64,000 bases of DNA from sequence record NC_027349.1. One strand, written 5' to 3'. Position numbers and translations under genes: made by a program. Shown piece by piece: positions 1 through 12,367 of this stretch (position 1 is its first letter; each line of letters begins with the position of its first letter). This stretch comes from Escherichia phage HY01. The notes beneath the pieces were generated by a model, which saw only the letters and a program-made list of their open reading frames with translations, had not been told where the DNA came from and made no database searches.

Positions 1-1545
1 CCTACCGCAAAAATTATCGCTAAAGCGAAAGAAGTAGGCGAATATCCAGCATTAGGTTCTAACTGGACCGCGGAAATTTCTTCGTCTTCCTCTGGTTTAG
101 CTGCAGTAATAACTCTTGGAAAAATTATTACTGATTCTGGTATTTTATTAGCTGAAATTGAAAATGCTGAAGCTGCTATGACAGCTGTTGACTTTCAAGC
201 AAATCTCGAAAAATATGGAATTCCAGGAGTAGTAGCTCTTTATCCAGGCGAGTTGGGCGATAAAATCGAAATTGAAATCGTATCTAAAGCTGACTACGCA
301 AAAGGTGCTTCTGCATTACTTCCAATTTATCCAGGTGGCGGAACACGCGCATCTACTGCCAAAGCAGTGTTTGGATATGGACCACAAACTGATTCACAAT
401 ACGCTATTATAGTTCGTCGCAACGATGCTATTGTTCAAAGCGTTGTTCTTTCAACGAAGCGAGGTGAAAAAGATATTTACGATAGTAACATCTATATTGA
501 CGACTTTTTCGCAAAAGGTGGTTCAGAATATATTTTCGCAACTGCACAAAACTGGCCAGAAGGCTTCTCTGGAATTTTAACTCTGTCTGGTGGATTATCA
601 TCAAATGCTGAAGTAACAGCAGGAGATTTGATGGAAGCTTGGGACTTCTTTGCTGACCGTGAATCTGTTGATGTTCAGTTGTTTATTGCGGGTTCTTGTG
701 CCGGTGAATCTTTAGAAACAGCATCTACTGTCCAAAAACACGTCGTTTCAATTGGGGATGCTCGCCAAGATTGCTTAGTACTGTGCTCACCGCCGCGCGA
801 AACTGTAGTTGGAATTCCTGTAACTCGTGCTGTTGATAACTTAGTCAATTGGAGAACCGCAGCAGGTTCATACACTGATAATAACTTTAATATCAGTTCA
901 ACCTACGCAGCAATTGATGGTAACTACAAGTATCAGTATGACAAATATAATGATGTAAATCGTTGGGTTCCATTAGCAGCTGATATTGCTGGTTTATGCG
1001 CGAGAACCGATAACGTTTCTCAGACTTGGATGTCTCCAGCTGGTTATAATCGCGGCCAGATTTTGAACGTTATTAAACTTGCTATTGAAACTCGCCAGGC
1101 GCAGCGCGACCGTTTATATCAAGAAGCTATCAACCCAGTAACTGGTACAGGTGGTGATGGTTACGTACTGTATGGTGATAAAACAGCTACTTCTGTTCCT
1201 TCTCCATTTGATCGTATTAACGTTCGTCGTCTGTTTAATATGTTGAAAACGAATATCGGACGTAGTTCAAAATATCGTTTATTTGAATTAAACAACGCGT
1301 TTACTCGTTCATCGTTCCGCACAGAAACATCCCAGTACTTACAGGGAATTAAAGCTCTCGGTGGAATTTATGAATATCGTGTAGTTTGCGATACAACAAA
1401 TAACACTCCGTCAGTAATTGATAGAAATGAGTTTGTTGCAACATTCTACATCCAACCGGCGCGCAGTATAAATTATATTACTTTGAATTTCGTCGCAACT
1501 GCTACTGGTGCAGATTTCGATGAGTTAACTGGTCTTGCAGGTTAA
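1..1545 (+). CDS. 18: Tail sheath protein gp18, 5'-truncated at window edge (frame open from nt 1; about 145 codons missing upstream)
   Basis: Open frame from position 1 through stop at 1545; protein matches T4 gp18 C-terminal 2/3 as I recall it; position upstream of 19. Confidence 0.9.
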   Translation, partial: PTAKIIAKAKEVGEYPALGSNWTAEISSSSSGLAAVITLGKIITDSGILLAEIENAEAAMTAVDFQANLEKYGIPGVVALYPGELGDKIEIEIVSKADYAKGASALLPIYPGGGTRASTAKAVFGYGPQTDSQYAIIVRRNDAIVQSVVLSTKRGEKDIYDSNIYIDDFFAKGGSEYIFATAQNWPEGFSGILTLSGGLSSNAEVTAGDLMEAWDFFADRESVDVQLFIAGSCAGESLETASTVQKHVVSIGDARQDCLVLCSPPRETVVGIPVTRAVDNLVNWRTAAGSYTDNNFNISSTYAAIDGNYKYQYDKYNDVNRWVPLAADIAGLCARTDNVSQTWMSPAGYNRGQILNVIKLAIETRQAQRDRLYQEAINPVTGTGGDGYVLYGDKTATSVPSPFDRINVRRLFNMLKTNIGRSSKYRLFELNNAFTRSSFRTETSQYLQGIKALGGIYEYRVVCDTTNNTPSVIDRNEFVATFYIQPARSINYITLNFVATATGADFDELTGLAG

Positions 1546-1580
1546 TACGGTGCATTCTAAAGGCCTGTTTCGGCAGGCCA

Positions 1581-1588
1581 TATAAATA
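1581..1588 (+). promoter_or_regulatory. T4-type late promoter TATAAATA upstream of gene 19 (second copy at 1640-1647)
   Basis: Exact TATAAATA octamer after hairpin GGCCTG-TTTCGG-CAGGCC. Confidence 0.5.
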
Positions 1589-1661
1589 CACTATATCCTT
1601 AATTCTTTAATTCTATATGCCCTAGGTTAAACATAGGGATATAAATACTACAGAGGCTAAT

Positions 1662-2153
1662 ATGTTTGTAGATGATGTAACACGAGCGTTTGAATCCGGT
1701 GATTTTGCTCGACCTAACTTATTCCAAGTAGAAATTTCTTATCTTGGACAAAATTTTACGTTTCAATGTAAAGCCACTGCTTTACCAGCTGGTATTGTAG
1801 AAAAAATTCCAGTCGGATTCATGAACCGTAAAATTAACGTAGCAGGCGATCGTACATTCGATGACTGGACTGTTACAGTAATGAACGATGAGGCACATGA
1901 TGCTCGCCAGAAGTTTGTTGATTGGCAAAGCATTGCTGCTGGGCAAGGAAACGAAATTACTGGTGGAAAACCAGCAGAGTATAAAAAGAGCGCTATTGTA
2001 CGCCAATATGCTCGTGACGCTAAAACTGTAACAAAAGAAGTCGAAATTAAAGGCCTGTGGCCTACTAACGTGGGTGAACTTCAATTAGATTGGGATTCAA
2101 ACAATGAAATCCAAACCTTTGAAGTAACTCTTGCTCTCGATTATTGGGAATAA
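1662..2153 (+). CDS. 19: Tail tube protein gp19 (163 aa)
   Basis: Length and order identical to T4 gp19; SD GAGG before ATG 1662. Confidence 0.9.
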   Translation: MFVDDVTRAFESGDFARPNLFQVEISYLGQNFTFQCKATALPAGIVEKIPVGFMNRKINVAGDRTFDDWTVTVMNDEAHDARQKFVDWQSIAAGQGNEITGGKPAEYKKSAIVRQYARDAKTVTKEVEIKGLWPTNVGELQLDWDSNNEIQTFEVTLALDYWE

Positions 2154-2185
2154 AATGAATGGGGAGAAATCCCCATCCTGCTTAA

Positions 2186-3810
<1,625 letters not shown>

Positions 3811-3811
<1 letters not shown>

Positions 3812-4059
3812 TGGAAGGTTTAATTGAAGCTATTAAATCAAACGACCTCGTAGCCGCTCGTAAATTATTTGCTGAAGCCATGGCTGCAAGAACGATTGAT
3901 TTAATTAAAGAAGAAAAAATCGCTATCGCTCGTAATTTCTTAATTGAAGGTGAAGAACCTGAAGACGAGGATGAAGATGATGACGAAGATGGTGATGATA
4001 AAGACGACAAAAAAGACAAAGACTCTGACGAAGATGACGAAGACGAGGATGATGAATAA
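3811..4059 (+). CDS. 67: Prohead core protein gp67 with poly-acidic C-terminus
   Basis: TAATG overlap with gene 20 stop; acidic D/E tail; size and position as T4 gp67. Confidence 0.8.
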
Positions 4060-4484
4060 TGCTTCTGATCCCTGAAACTCATGAATTAGTTCTCGAGAAT
4101 GTCGAAGCACTTATTCCTGAAGCACAGGGTCGCTTTGACGAATTGTCTTCTGCTTTAAATAAAGACGATATAAATACAATTGTCGAGAATATGCTTGATG
4201 ATGAAACTGATTTAGCAGTTGCATTAGCTTCTATTAATGAAAATATGCCGTTAAATGAATTCATCGTTAAACATGTTTCTGCCCGTGGTGAAATTACTCG
4301 CACTAAAGATCGCAAAACCCGCGAACGAAATGCATTTCAAACCACCGGGCTGTCTAAAGCAAAACGTAGACAAATTGCTCGCAAAGCTACCAAAACGAAG
4401 ATTGCCAATCCAGCAGGTCAATCTCGTGCTCAGCGTAAGCGTAAAAAAGCTCTTAAACGCCGTAAAGCATTAGGATTAAGCTAA
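4059..4484 (+). CDS. 68: Prohead core protein gp68 (141 aa), basic C-terminus
   Basis: Start overlaps gp67 stop (TAATG); size/position as T4 gp68. Confidence 0.75.
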
Positions 4485-5122
4485 TGAATGAACCCCAATT
4501 ACTAATTGAAACTTGGGGTCAACCTGGCGAAATTATTGATGGTGTGCCAATGCTTGAATCCCACGATGGAAAAGACTTAGGTTTAAAACCGGGTTTATAC
4601 ATCGAAGGAATATTCATGCAAGCAGAAGTCGTCAATAGAAATAAACGTCTTTATCCAAAACGCATATTAGAAAAAGCGGTAAAAGACTATATTAATGAGC
4701 AAGTTTTAACTAAACAAGCTCTCGGAGAATTAAATCATCCTCCACGCGCTAATGTTGACCCGATGCAAGCCGCTATCATTATAGAAGATATGTGGTGGAA
4801 AGGAAATGACGTATACGGACGAGCTCGTGTTATTGAAGGTGACCATGGTCCTGGAGATAAATTAGCAGCTAATATTCGTGCCGGATGGATTCCAGGAGTT
4901 TCTTCTCGTGGATTAGGTTCATTGACTGACACAAATAAAGGTTATCGTATCGTAAACGAAGGATTCAAATTAACTGTAGGTGTTGATGCAGTATGGGGTC
5001 CAAGTGCTCCAGATGCATGGGTAACTCCTAAGGAAATTACCGAATCACAGACGGCGGAAGCCGATACAAGTGCCGATGACGCCTATATGGCTCTCGCAGA
5101 GGCCATGAAAAAAGCGTTATAA
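4484..5122 (+). CDS. 21: Prohead core protease gp21 (212 aa)
   Basis: Size, order and sequence as T4 gp21. Confidence 0.9.
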   Translation: MNEPQLLIETWGQPGEIIDGVPMLESHDGKDLGLKPGLYIEGIFMQAEVVNRNKRLYPKRILEKAVKDYINEQVLTKQALGELNHPPRANVDPMQAAIIIEDMWWKGNDVYGRARVIEGDHGPGDKLAANIRAGWIPGVSSRGLGSLTDTNKGYRIVNEGFKLTVGVDAVWGPSAPDAWVTPKEITESQTAEADTSADDAYMALAEAMKKAL

Positions 5123-5152
5123 ATATTATTATCTAAACAACAGGACTACAAA

Positions 5153-5962
5153 ATGCTTAAAGAACAACTGATTGCCGAAGCGCAGAAAATTGATGCTTCC
5201 GTTGCTCTTGATAGTATTTTCGAATCAGTTAATATTTCTCCGGAAGCAAAAGAAACTTTCGGCACTGTATTCGAAGCTACCGTCAAGCAGCACGCCGTTA
5301 AATTAGCTGAATCTCATATCGCTAAAATTGCTGAAAAAGCAGAAGAAGAAGTAGAAAAAAATAAAGAAGAAGCCGAAGAAAAAGCTGAGAAGAAAATCGC
5401 TGAGCAAGCTTCTAAATTCATCGACCATCTTGCGAAAGAATGGCTCGCTGAAAATAAATTAGCAGTTGATAAAGGCATCAAAGCCGAACTGTTTGAATCC
5501 ATGCTTGGTGGATTAAAAGAGCTCTTTGTTGAACACAACGTTGTTGTTCCAGAAGAATCAGTTGATGTTGTAGCTGAAATGGAAGAAGAGCTGCAAGAAC
5601 ATAAAGAAGAATCAGCTCGTCTGTTCGAAGAACTCAATAAGCGTGACGCATATATCAATTATGTGCAGCGTGAAGTGGCATTGAGCGAAAGTACTAAAGA
5701 TCTGACTGAGTCTCAAAAAGAAAAAGTCTCTGCTCTGGTCGAAGGTATGGATTATTCAGATGAATTCTCAAGTAAATTGAGTGCCATCGTAGAAATGGTG
5801 AAGAAGTCTAATAAAGATGAAAGCACTATTACTGAGGGTATAAATACTCCTGATACTGAAGCAGCCGGACTGAATTTCGTCACTGAAGCTGTAGAAGATA
5901 AAGCTGCACCTGGTGCAGAAGATATTGTAAGTGTATATGCGAAAGTCGCATCTCGTTTCTAA
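5153..5962 (+). CDS. 22: Prohead scaffold protein gp22 (269 aa), charged coiled-coil rich
   Basis: E/K-rich helical protein between 21 and 23; size as T4 gp22. Confidence 0.9.
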   Translation: MLKEQLIAEAQKIDASVALDSIFESVNISPEAKETFGTVFEATVKQHAVKLAESHIAKIAEKAEEEVEKNKEEAEEKAEKKIAEQASKFIDHLAKEWLAENKLAVDKGIKAELFESMLGGLKELFVEHNVVVPEESVDVVAEMEEELQEHKEESARLFEELNKRDAYINYVQREVALSESTKDLTESQKEKVSALVEGMDYSDEFSSKLSAIVEMVKKSNKDESTITEGINTPDTEAAGLNFVTEAVEDKAAPGAEDIVSVYAKVASRF

Positions 5963-5980
5963 TTTTAAAGGTTAACACAA

Positions 5981-7546
5981 ATGACTATCAAAACTAAAGC
6001 TGAACTTTTGAACAAATGGAAGCCATTACTGGAAGGTGAAGGTTTACCGGAAATTGCTAATAGCAAACAAGCGATTATCGCTAAAATCTTTGAAAACCAG
6101 GAAAAAGATTTCCAGACAGCTCCGGAATATAAAGACGAAAAAATTGCTCAGGCATTTGGTTCTTTCTTAACAGAAGCTGAAATCGGTGGTGACCACGGTT
6201 ACAATGCTACTAACATCGCTGCAGGTCAGACTTCTGGCGCAGTAACTCAGATTGGCCCGGCTGTTATGGGTATGGTACGTCGTGCTATTCCTAACCTGAT
6301 TGCTTTCGATATTTGCGGTGTTCAACCGATGAGCAGCCCAACCGGTCAGGTATTCGCACTCCGCGCGGTATATGGTAAAGATCCGATCGCTTCCGATGCT
6401 AAAGAAGCATTCCACCCAATGTATGGTCCAGACGCAATGTTCTCTGGTCAGGGTGCTGCTAAGAAATTCCCAGCTCTGGCTGCTAGCACACAAACCGTTG
6501 TAGGTGATATCTATACTCACTTCTTCCAGGAAACTGGTACTGTGTATCTGCAAGCTTCCGCTGTAGTAACAATCGATGCTAGTGCTACCGATGCAGCTAA
6601 ATTAGATGCTGAAATTAAGAAACAAATGGAAGCTGGTGTACTGGTAGAAATCGCTGAAGGTATGGCTACTTCTATCGCTGAACTTCAGGAAGGCTTCAAT
6701 GGTTCTACCGACAACCCGTGGAACGAAATGGGCTTCCGTATCGATAAACAAGTTATTGAAGCTAAATCTCGTCAGCTGAAAGCTGCTTACTCTATTGAAT
6801 TAGCACAAGACCTCCGCGCTGTTCACGGTATGGATGCTGATGCTGAACTGTCTGGTATTCTGGCTACCGAAATCATGCTGGAAATCAACCGCGAAGTTGT
6901 TGATTGGATTAACTACTCAGCTCAGGTTGGTAAATCTGGTATGACCCTGACTCCGGGTTCTAAAGCTGGTGTATTTGACTTCCAGGATCCGATTGATATT
7001 CGTGGTGCTCGCTGGGCAGGTGAATCCTTTAAAGCTCTGTTGTTCCAGATTGACAAAGAAGCAGTTGAAATTGCTCGTCAGACCGGTCGCGGCGAAGGTA
7101 ACTTCATTATCGCTTCCCGTAACGTAGTTAACGTTCTGGCTTCAGTTGATACTGGCATTTCTTATGCTGCACAGGGTCTGGCTACCGGCTTTAACACTGA
7201 TACTACCAAGTCAGTATTTGCTGGTGTTCTGGGTGGTAAATACCGTGTATATATCGACCAGTATGCTAAACAGGATTATTTCACTGTAGGTTATAAAGGT
7301 CCGAACGAAATGGATGCTGGTATTTACTACGCTCCATATGTAGCTCTGACTCCGCTGCGTGGTTCCGATCCGAAGAACTTCCAACCAGTAATGGGATTCA
7401 AAACTCGTTACGGTATCGGTATCAACCCATTTGCAGAATCCGCTGCTCAGGCTCCGGCTTCTCGCATCCAGAGCGGTATGCCTTCTATTCTGAATAGCCT
7501 TGGTAAAAACGCTTACTTCCGCCGTGTATATGTTAAAGGTATCTAA
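5981..7546 (+). CDS. 23: Major capsid protein gp23 (521 aa)
   Basis: Sequence matches T4 gp23 (MTIKTKAELLNKWKPL...); biased highly-expressed codon usage. Confidence 0.95.
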   Translation: MTIKTKAELLNKWKPLLEGEGLPEIANSKQAIIAKIFENQEKDFQTAPEYKDEKIAQAFGSFLTEAEIGGDHGYNATNIAAGQTSGAVTQIGPAVMGMVRRAIPNLIAFDICGVQPMSSPTGQVFALRAVYGKDPIASDAKEAFHPMYGPDAMFSGQGAAKKFPALAASTQTVVGDIYTHFFQETGTVYLQASAVVTIDASATDAAKLDAEIKKQMEAGVLVEIAEGMATSIAELQEGFNGSTDNPWNEMGFRIDKQVIEAKSRQLKAAYSIELAQDLRAVHGMDADAELSGILATEIMLEINREVVDWINYSAQVGKSGMTLTPGSKAGVFDFQDPIDIRGARWAGESFKALLFQIDKEAVEIARQTGRGEGNFIIASRNVVNVLASVDTGISYAAQGLATGFNTDTTKSVFAGVLGGKYRVYIDQYAKQDYFTVGYKGPNEMDAGIYYAPYVALTPLRGSDPKNFQPVMGFKTRYGIGINPFAESAAQAPASRIQSGMPSILNSLGKNAYFRRVYVKGI

Positions 7547-7561
7547 TCTTTGACGATTTAA

Positions 7562-7590
7562 GGGACCTTCGGGTCCCTTTAGTTGTTTTT
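7562..7590 (+). terminator. Intrinsic terminator after gene 23
   Basis: GGGACC-TTCG-GGTCCC hairpin followed by T-rich run. Confidence 0.7.
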
Positions 7591-7594
7591 ATGG

Positions 7595-7602
7595 TATAAA
7601 TA
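7595..7602 (+). promoter_or_regulatory. Late promoter TATAAATA for gene 24
   Basis: Exact octamer about 28 nt upstream of ATG 7630. Confidence 0.55.
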
Positions 7603-7629
7603 AATCATATAAACCAAAAGGAAAGCGCA

Positions 7630-8913
7630 ATGGCTAAAATCAACGAACTTCTGCGCGAATCAACCACAACGAATAGCAACTCAATCGGTCGCCCAAATCT
7701 CGTTGCTTTGACTCGCGCTACCACTAAATTAATATATTCTGACATTGTAGCAACACAAAGAACTAATCAACCTGTTGCTGCTTTTTATGGTATCAAATAC
7801 CTTAACCCAGATAACGAATTTACGTTTAAAACTGGTGCTACTTACGCTGGCGAAGCTGGATATGTAGACCGAGAACAAATCACAGAATTAACAGAAGAGT
7901 CTAAATTAACTCTCAATAAAGGCGATTTATTCAAATATAATAATATCGTTTATAAAGTATTAGAAGATACACCATTTGCTACCATTGAAGAAAGCGATTT
8001 AGAATTAGCTCTTCAGATTGCAATTGTTCTTTTAAAGGTTCGTCTATTTTCTGACGCAGCGTCAACGAGCAAATTTGAAAGCTCTGATAGCGAAATTGCT
8101 GATGCTAGATTCCAGATTAATAAATGGCAAACCGCAGTTAAATCTCGTAAACTTAAAACTGGCATTACGGTTGAATTAGCACAAGATTTAGAAGCAAATG
8201 GATTCGATGCTCCTAATTTCTTGGAAGATTTGCTTGCAACTGAAATGGCAGATGAAATCAATAAAGATATTCTGCAGTCTTTGATTACAGTATCAAAACG
8301 TTATAAAGTTACAGGAATTACTGATACTGGATTCATTGATTTGAGTTATGCATCTGCACCTGAAGCTGGTCGTTCATTATACCGAATGGTGTGTGAAATG
8401 GTTTCGCATATCCAAAAAGAATCAACTTATACAGCAACGTTCTGTGTTGCTTCAGCTCGTGCTGCTGCGATTCTTGCTGCATCAGGTTGGTTAAAACATA
8501 AACCAGAAGATGACAAATATCTTTCACAAAATGCCTACGGGTTCTTAGCTAATGGTTTACCGCTTTATTGCGATACTAACAGCCCATTAGATTATGTAAT
8601 CGTTGGTGTAGTAGAAAATATCGGTGAAAAAGAAATTGTTGGATCAATTTTCTATGCTCCGTATACAGAAGGTCTTGACTTAGATGACCCTGAACATGTA
8701 GGTGCATTTAAAGTTGTAGTTGATCCAGAAAGTTTGCAGCCATCTATCGGTTTATTGGTTAGATATGCTTTATCTGCAAATCCTTACACTGTAGCAAAAG
8801 ATGAAAAAGAAGCAAGAATAATTGATGGTGGAGACATGGATAAAATGGCGGGTCGTTCAGATTTGTCTGTTTTATTAGGTGTTAAACTGCCAAAAATTAT
8901 CGTTGATGAATAA
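7630..8913 (+). CDS. 24: Capsid vertex protein gp24 (427 aa)
   Basis: gp23 paralog, size and position as T4 gp24; late promoter upstream. Confidence 0.9.
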   Translation: MAKINELLRESTTTNSNSIGRPNLVALTRATTKLIYSDIVATQRTNQPVAAFYGIKYLNPDNEFTFKTGATYAGEAGYVDREQITELTEESKLTLNKGDLFKYNNIVYKVLEDTPFATIEESDLELALQIAIVLLKVRLFSDAASTSKFESSDSEIADARFQINKWQTAVKSRKLKTGITVELAQDLEANGFDAPNFLEDLLATEMADEINKDILQSLITVSKRYKVTGITDTGFIDLSYASAPEAGRSLYRMVCEMVSHIQKESTYTATFCVASARAAAILAASGWLKHKPEDDKYLSQNAYGFLANGLPLYCDTNSPLDYVIVGVVENIGEKEIVGSIFYAPYTEGLDLDDPEHVGAFKVVVDPESLQPSIGLLVRYALSANPYTVAKDEKEARIIDGGDMDKMAGRSDLSVLLGVKLPKIIVDE

Positions 8914-8919
8914 AACAAA

Positions 8920-8943
8920 GGGACCGAAAGGTCCCTTTTTATT
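8920..8943. terminator. Bidirectional terminator between convergent genes 24 and rnlB
   Basis: GGGACC-GAAA-GGTCCC hairpin flanked by A-run and T-run. Confidence 0.65.
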
Positions 8944-9947
8944 TAACTTACCAATTCAATCCAAGCCGGACGAAGTACATCTTGTACCATTTTAACTAAT
9001 TCCTTCTTAATCAAAGAAGGATTATCCGCTTGAGTTAGAGTAATACCTTCACGAGAAGTTTCTTCCAAAATATCTTGAACAGTTAGTCCCATCACCTTTC
9101 CAAAATCTTTTGGACCAATTTCGCCAATTTTAGAAATAACGTTATTTACTCGGTTCAGTGTAACGTAGCAAGCTAAAATTCCCAGCAATTTATTATCAGC
9201 TTCTGACAACTCAACTTTAGCTTTAATAGGTTTATCAGACTTTTTCTTTTCACTAAATTTAGAGTTCTTGCATTTGATGGCTACGCGATTGCCATTAGGC
9301 ATCCAAGAAGGATAACAAGGTTTTAATACATATCCTTCAGCGGTAAATACTTCGCCTTTTGCTTCGGCATTCCAAACGCATTTATTTGCATCAACTAATC
9401 CAGCATGGTCTACTGTAAAATTATAATCTTGGACAACAGAATCTAAATCGTTTGGCAATTTAATAAGCTCTTCAAATTTACCGCGACCTAAAAGTGGAGC
9501 CATTTTAAATTTAAATGTATTACAGAATGATTCCATCATATAATCATCGACATAAGTCACATCACCGCTTTCGGTAGTAACAATAATGTCAAATACATAA
9601 AAATCTTTATCGCCATAATCGACATTCTTCTGAATGCCAGGTCCAGCAAATTCACCGAAGACTTGATAAGATACAACTGCTGAAGTTTCCATAATATCTT
9701 GTACTGCTTTAATGGAATCAGCGTAATTCTTTAGAATAATTTCATACCCAAAGAAATCTTCAGCAGGAAGAATAGGACCAGTACGTTTAGCACAAGTTGC
9801 TTTATCGCGTTCAATAATCAGTGAGAAATTTGTGCCATGAATCTTTTCACGAGCTACCCATTCGCCACCAGTCAATCCTAAACTGTAGAGTTTTTCAATG
9901 AATTTAGAATTGTAATGATTTTCAAGACTGCTATACTTTTTAAACAT
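8943..9947 (-). CDS. rnlB: RNA ligase 2 (334 aa)
   Basis: Nucleotidyltransferase lysine motif REKIHGTN near N-terminus; size/position as T4 Rnl2. Confidence 0.85.
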   Translation of the reverse strand: MFKKYSSLENHYNSKFIEKLYSLGLTGGEWVAREKIHGTNFSLIIERDKATCAKRTGPILPAEDFFGYEIILKNYADSIKAVQDIMETSAVVSYQVFGEFAGPGIQKNVDYGDKDFYVFDIIVTTESGDVTYVDDYMMESFCNTFKFKMAPLLGRGKFEELIKLPNDLDSVVQDYNFTVDHAGLVDANKCVWNAEAKGEVFTAEGYVLKPCYPSWMPNGNRVAIKCKNSKFSEKKKSDKPIKAKVELSEADNKLLGILACYVTLNRVNNVISKIGEIGPKDFGKVMGLTVQDILEETSREGITLTQADNPSLIKKELVKMVQDVLRPAWIELVS

Positions 9948-9956
9948 AATTAATCC

Positions 9957-10235
9957 TCAAAATGTAATTTCTAACCAATCACCATCACGCTGATCACTAT
10001 TGACTTTAAAGCTAAATCCTTCTTTTCTCAGCCAATCACCAATTTCTTCAGTAATCAATTTATCGCGAGCAGTACAATAATAACTAAAATATGTTTTACC
10101 TTGTTCAGCTGCTTTATTAGCAAGTTCCGAAAAATCTTTAATAAAACACTCTAGTTTAAACTGTTTACTTTTAAGTGCTTTTTCGCGTAATTGATTAGCG
10201 AAAGATTCATTTTCATAAAGATCATACTGTTCCAT
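9957..10235 (-). CDS. Hypothetical protein (24.2 position)
   Basis: ORF in operon with rnlB; position equals T4 24.2. Confidence 0.5.
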   Translation of the reverse strand: MEQYDLYENESFANQLREKALKSKQFKLECFIKDFSELANKAAEQGKTYFSYYCTARDKLITEEIGDWLRKEGFSFKVNSDQRDGDWLEITF

Positions 10236-10437
10236 TTTTCACCTTTTTATTAATATGTCTTTTTCTATAGACAACTTTTTCTCGAGTCTCAAATTTATTC
10301 TTAGCAGTCATAGCTCGAGCCCATAATACAGCCACTTCTTTCGCCTGCAAGTTCAATTCACGAGCAATTTCAATGAATGACTTTCCAGACTCATGAAGAG
10401 TAAACACCACAACCTCAGTTCTCATAATCAATCTCAT
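10222..10437 (-). CDS. Small helix-turn-helix protein (24.3 position)
   Basis: HTH-like segment GKSFIEIARELNLQAKEVAVLWAR; position equals T4 24.3. Confidence 0.5.
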   Translation of the reverse strand: MRLIMRTEVVVFTLHESGKSFIEIARELNLQAKEVAVLWARAMTAKNKFETREKVVYRKRHINKKVKNGTV

Positions 10438-10490
10438 GTTATCGAGTTGATGCCATTATATACAACGTTTTCTGATTGTGTTTTGCGTGC

Positions 10491-10520
10491 TTTCAAAATG
10501 AAGAAAGGGGCCGAAGCCCC
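10491..10520 (-). terminator. Terminator after hoc
   Basis: GGGGC-TTCG-GCCCC hairpin followed on minus strand by TTTCTTCATTTT. Confidence 0.5.
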
Positions 10521-10525
10521 TGATA

Positions 10526-11656
10526 TTATGGATAGGTATAGATGATACCAGTTTCTAAAGCAGTTTTATGAATGATGTATCCATTACGCGATTCTTGAAC
10601 ATCAACTTCTGGATAGTCTTTCATCATCTTCTGAAGAGTGTAACGATGCAAGTAGTACTTACTATCTGGGTCGTCAGTTTTCCAGTCTTTACCTTCTTCA
10701 GTCATTTTTTGGATTTCATCCATAACCCACCAACCGCACCAGATATAAGCTGAAGTACGATGTGGAAGAGGATGAACATAAGGTAATTCACCTTCTGGTT
10801 CCGGAGCAACTTTATCAGTTACCTGAACTTGACCTTCTGCTGTGATAGTTTTGCTATCATAATCAGTAGCGGTAACAGTTGCAGTAACTTCAATAGTTTG
10901 ACTTCCAACAGATGAGGTATCGACAGTATATACGTTAGTTGACCCTTCTACAGGAGAAGAATCTTTCTTCCACGAGTAAGTAATTTGTGCTGCCTCAGGT
11001 GCGCCAGTAACATTAGCAGTAAATGTAGCCGAAGCATCTTGCTGAACATTAATAGAAGGAGGAGTCAATGTAACCTGTGGATTCATTGTCTTCTTATTAA
11101 CAGTCAGTGATACTTCATTAGAAGTAACGCTCAGTGCATCATAATCTGCCGCGGTTACTTGAGCTACACACTTAATTTTTTTAACTCCGCTTGTAGTAGG
11201 AGTGTAATTGAATGTAGCACTAGTTGCTTCGCTCACAGGAGAACCATCTACATGCCACTGATACGTAGCAGATGCGCCTGATGGTTGAGAAGCTAAGGCA
11301 GCAGTAAATTGAACTGGGGTTCCAATTACTCCAGCAGCAGGACTAGCAGGAGTTACAGCTAAGGTAGTTGTCTGTGTCTTGTTTTGAACTGTGATAGTTG
11401 TAGTAGCTTCTGCTGTTTCAGCATCAGTATCTGGAACTGTGTTTGTTGCAACTACTTTAATAGTCTTTTGACCAGCAGGTCCTTTTAGTACATAACTAAA
11501 AGTTGCTTCAGTTCCATCTTGCGGAACATCGTCTACAGTCCAAGCATAGGTAATAGTTCCACCTCCAGTTTCACCACTGGGTGTAGCAGTAAACTGCTGA
11601 GTCTGATCTATAACTCCAGTAGGGGTTTTAGGAGTTATATCAACTGTAAAAGCCAT
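10526..11656 (-). CDS. hoc: Highly immunogenic outer capsid protein Hoc (376 aa)
   Basis: T/V/S-rich Ig-like repeat region plus conserved C-terminal module; size/position as T4 Hoc. Confidence 0.85.
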   Translation of the reverse strand: MAFTVDITPKTPTGVIDQTQQFTATPSGETGGGTITYAWTVDDVPQDGTEATFSYVLKGPAGQKTIKVVATNTVPDTDAETAEATTTITVQNKTQTTTLAVTPASPAAGVIGTPVQFTAALASQPSGASATYQWHVDGSPVSEATSATFNYTPTTSGVKKIKCVAQVTAADYDALSVTSNEVSLTVNKKTMNPQVTLTPPSINVQQDASATFTANVTGAPEAAQITYSWKKDSSPVEGSTNVYTVDTSSVGSQTIEVTATVTATDYDSKTITAEGQVQVTDKVAPEPEGELPYVHPLPHRTSAYIWCGWWVMDEIQKMTEEGKDWKTDDPDSKYYLHRYTLQKMMKDYPEVDVQESRNGYIIHKTALETGIIYTYP

Positions 11657-11665
11657 AAGTTATCC

Positions 11666-12346
11666 TTATTTTAATGTTACGAAAGAAGAGTTGCGTGTTT
11701 CACGAATTAGAACTGATCCGTCACGGTTAATGTAGTAAATTAAGCTAAATAAAGTTTGGTGTGCCGACGCGTGTTCAAAACTAGTTGGGTGAGATTTCCA
11801 ATCCGGAGTTTCAGCAATCCACTGGTAAATCCACCAAGGAACAGTGCAGAATCCTGGATTTTTTCCAATCAGCTGAAGATTCGGACTAAAGTTTTCCGGA
11901 AGAGTAAATACAGACGGCTTTTCAGATTCAATAATCTCAGCTACGGCCTGCTCGAATTTTTCTTCAACAAAAGGAGTATCTTCAATCAAAACATCGGTAT
12001 TTTCAGGAATTTTATCCTTTTCTACTACTTCAATTTTAATGTCAGATTTAACCGGAGAATCAATCAGAAGTGCTGCTTCTGGATTGACTTCTTCATCGTC
12101 ATATTTTAATCCTTCTGCAGCATCAGCAGCATTAATTAAGTCTTTAATAGATAACCCATCAGTCTCTGGCATAGGTTCACTAGCGAGCTTCTGGAGGGCT
12201 TCTTCAATATCAACAACGATATTATCAAAAGATTTATTCTTTTTGACCTTTATACCAAACTGTTCAGCATATTCAGCTAATTTAGCTTTAGCTTCTTTAT
12301 TATCATCAAGAGCCTTCAGCTCTGCAATATAATCTTTATCTATCAT
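11666..12346 (-). CDS. inh: Inh, inhibitor of prohead protease (226 aa)
   Basis: Size and position downstream of hoc as in T4. Confidence 0.7.
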   Translation of the reverse strand: MIDKDYIAELKALDDNKEAKAKLAEYAEQFGIKVKKNKSFDNIVVDIEEALQKLASEPMPETDGLSIKDLINAADAAEGLKYDDEEVNPEAALLIDSPVKSDIKIEVVEKDKIPENTDVLIEDTPFVEEKFEQAVAEIIESEKPSVFTLPENFSPNLQLIGKNPGFCTVPWWIYQWIAETPDWKSHPTSFEHASAHQTLFSLIYYINRDGSVLIRETRNSSFVTLK

Positions 12347-12359
12347 AATATTTCCTCAG

Positions 12360-12367
12360 TATAAATA
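12360..12367 (+). promoter_or_regulatory. Late promoter TATAAATA upstream of uvsW
   Basis: Exact octamer 30 nt before ATG 12397. Confidence 0.5.

Noticed and set aside
675-875. Minus-strand 66-aa ORF inside gene 18; similar antisense ORFs lie inside genes 19, 20, 67, 21, 22, 23, 24, 34 and 37 (e.g. 1782-2084, 3035-3337, 3762-4082, 5314-5658, 6167-6553, 53955-54188, 60224-60487)
   Set aside because: Each is fully embedded antisense in a well-supported structural gene, with no SD and low-complexity or Ser/Cys-rich junk translation
1562-1579. Terminator after gene 18
   Set aside because: The GGCCTG/CAGGCC hairpin is followed by the late promoter, not a T-run; more likely an RNA stability hairpin or weak terminator
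11756-12332. Plus-strand ORFs 11756-12109 and 12039-12332
   Set aside because: Antisense to inh, low-complexity translations, no SD
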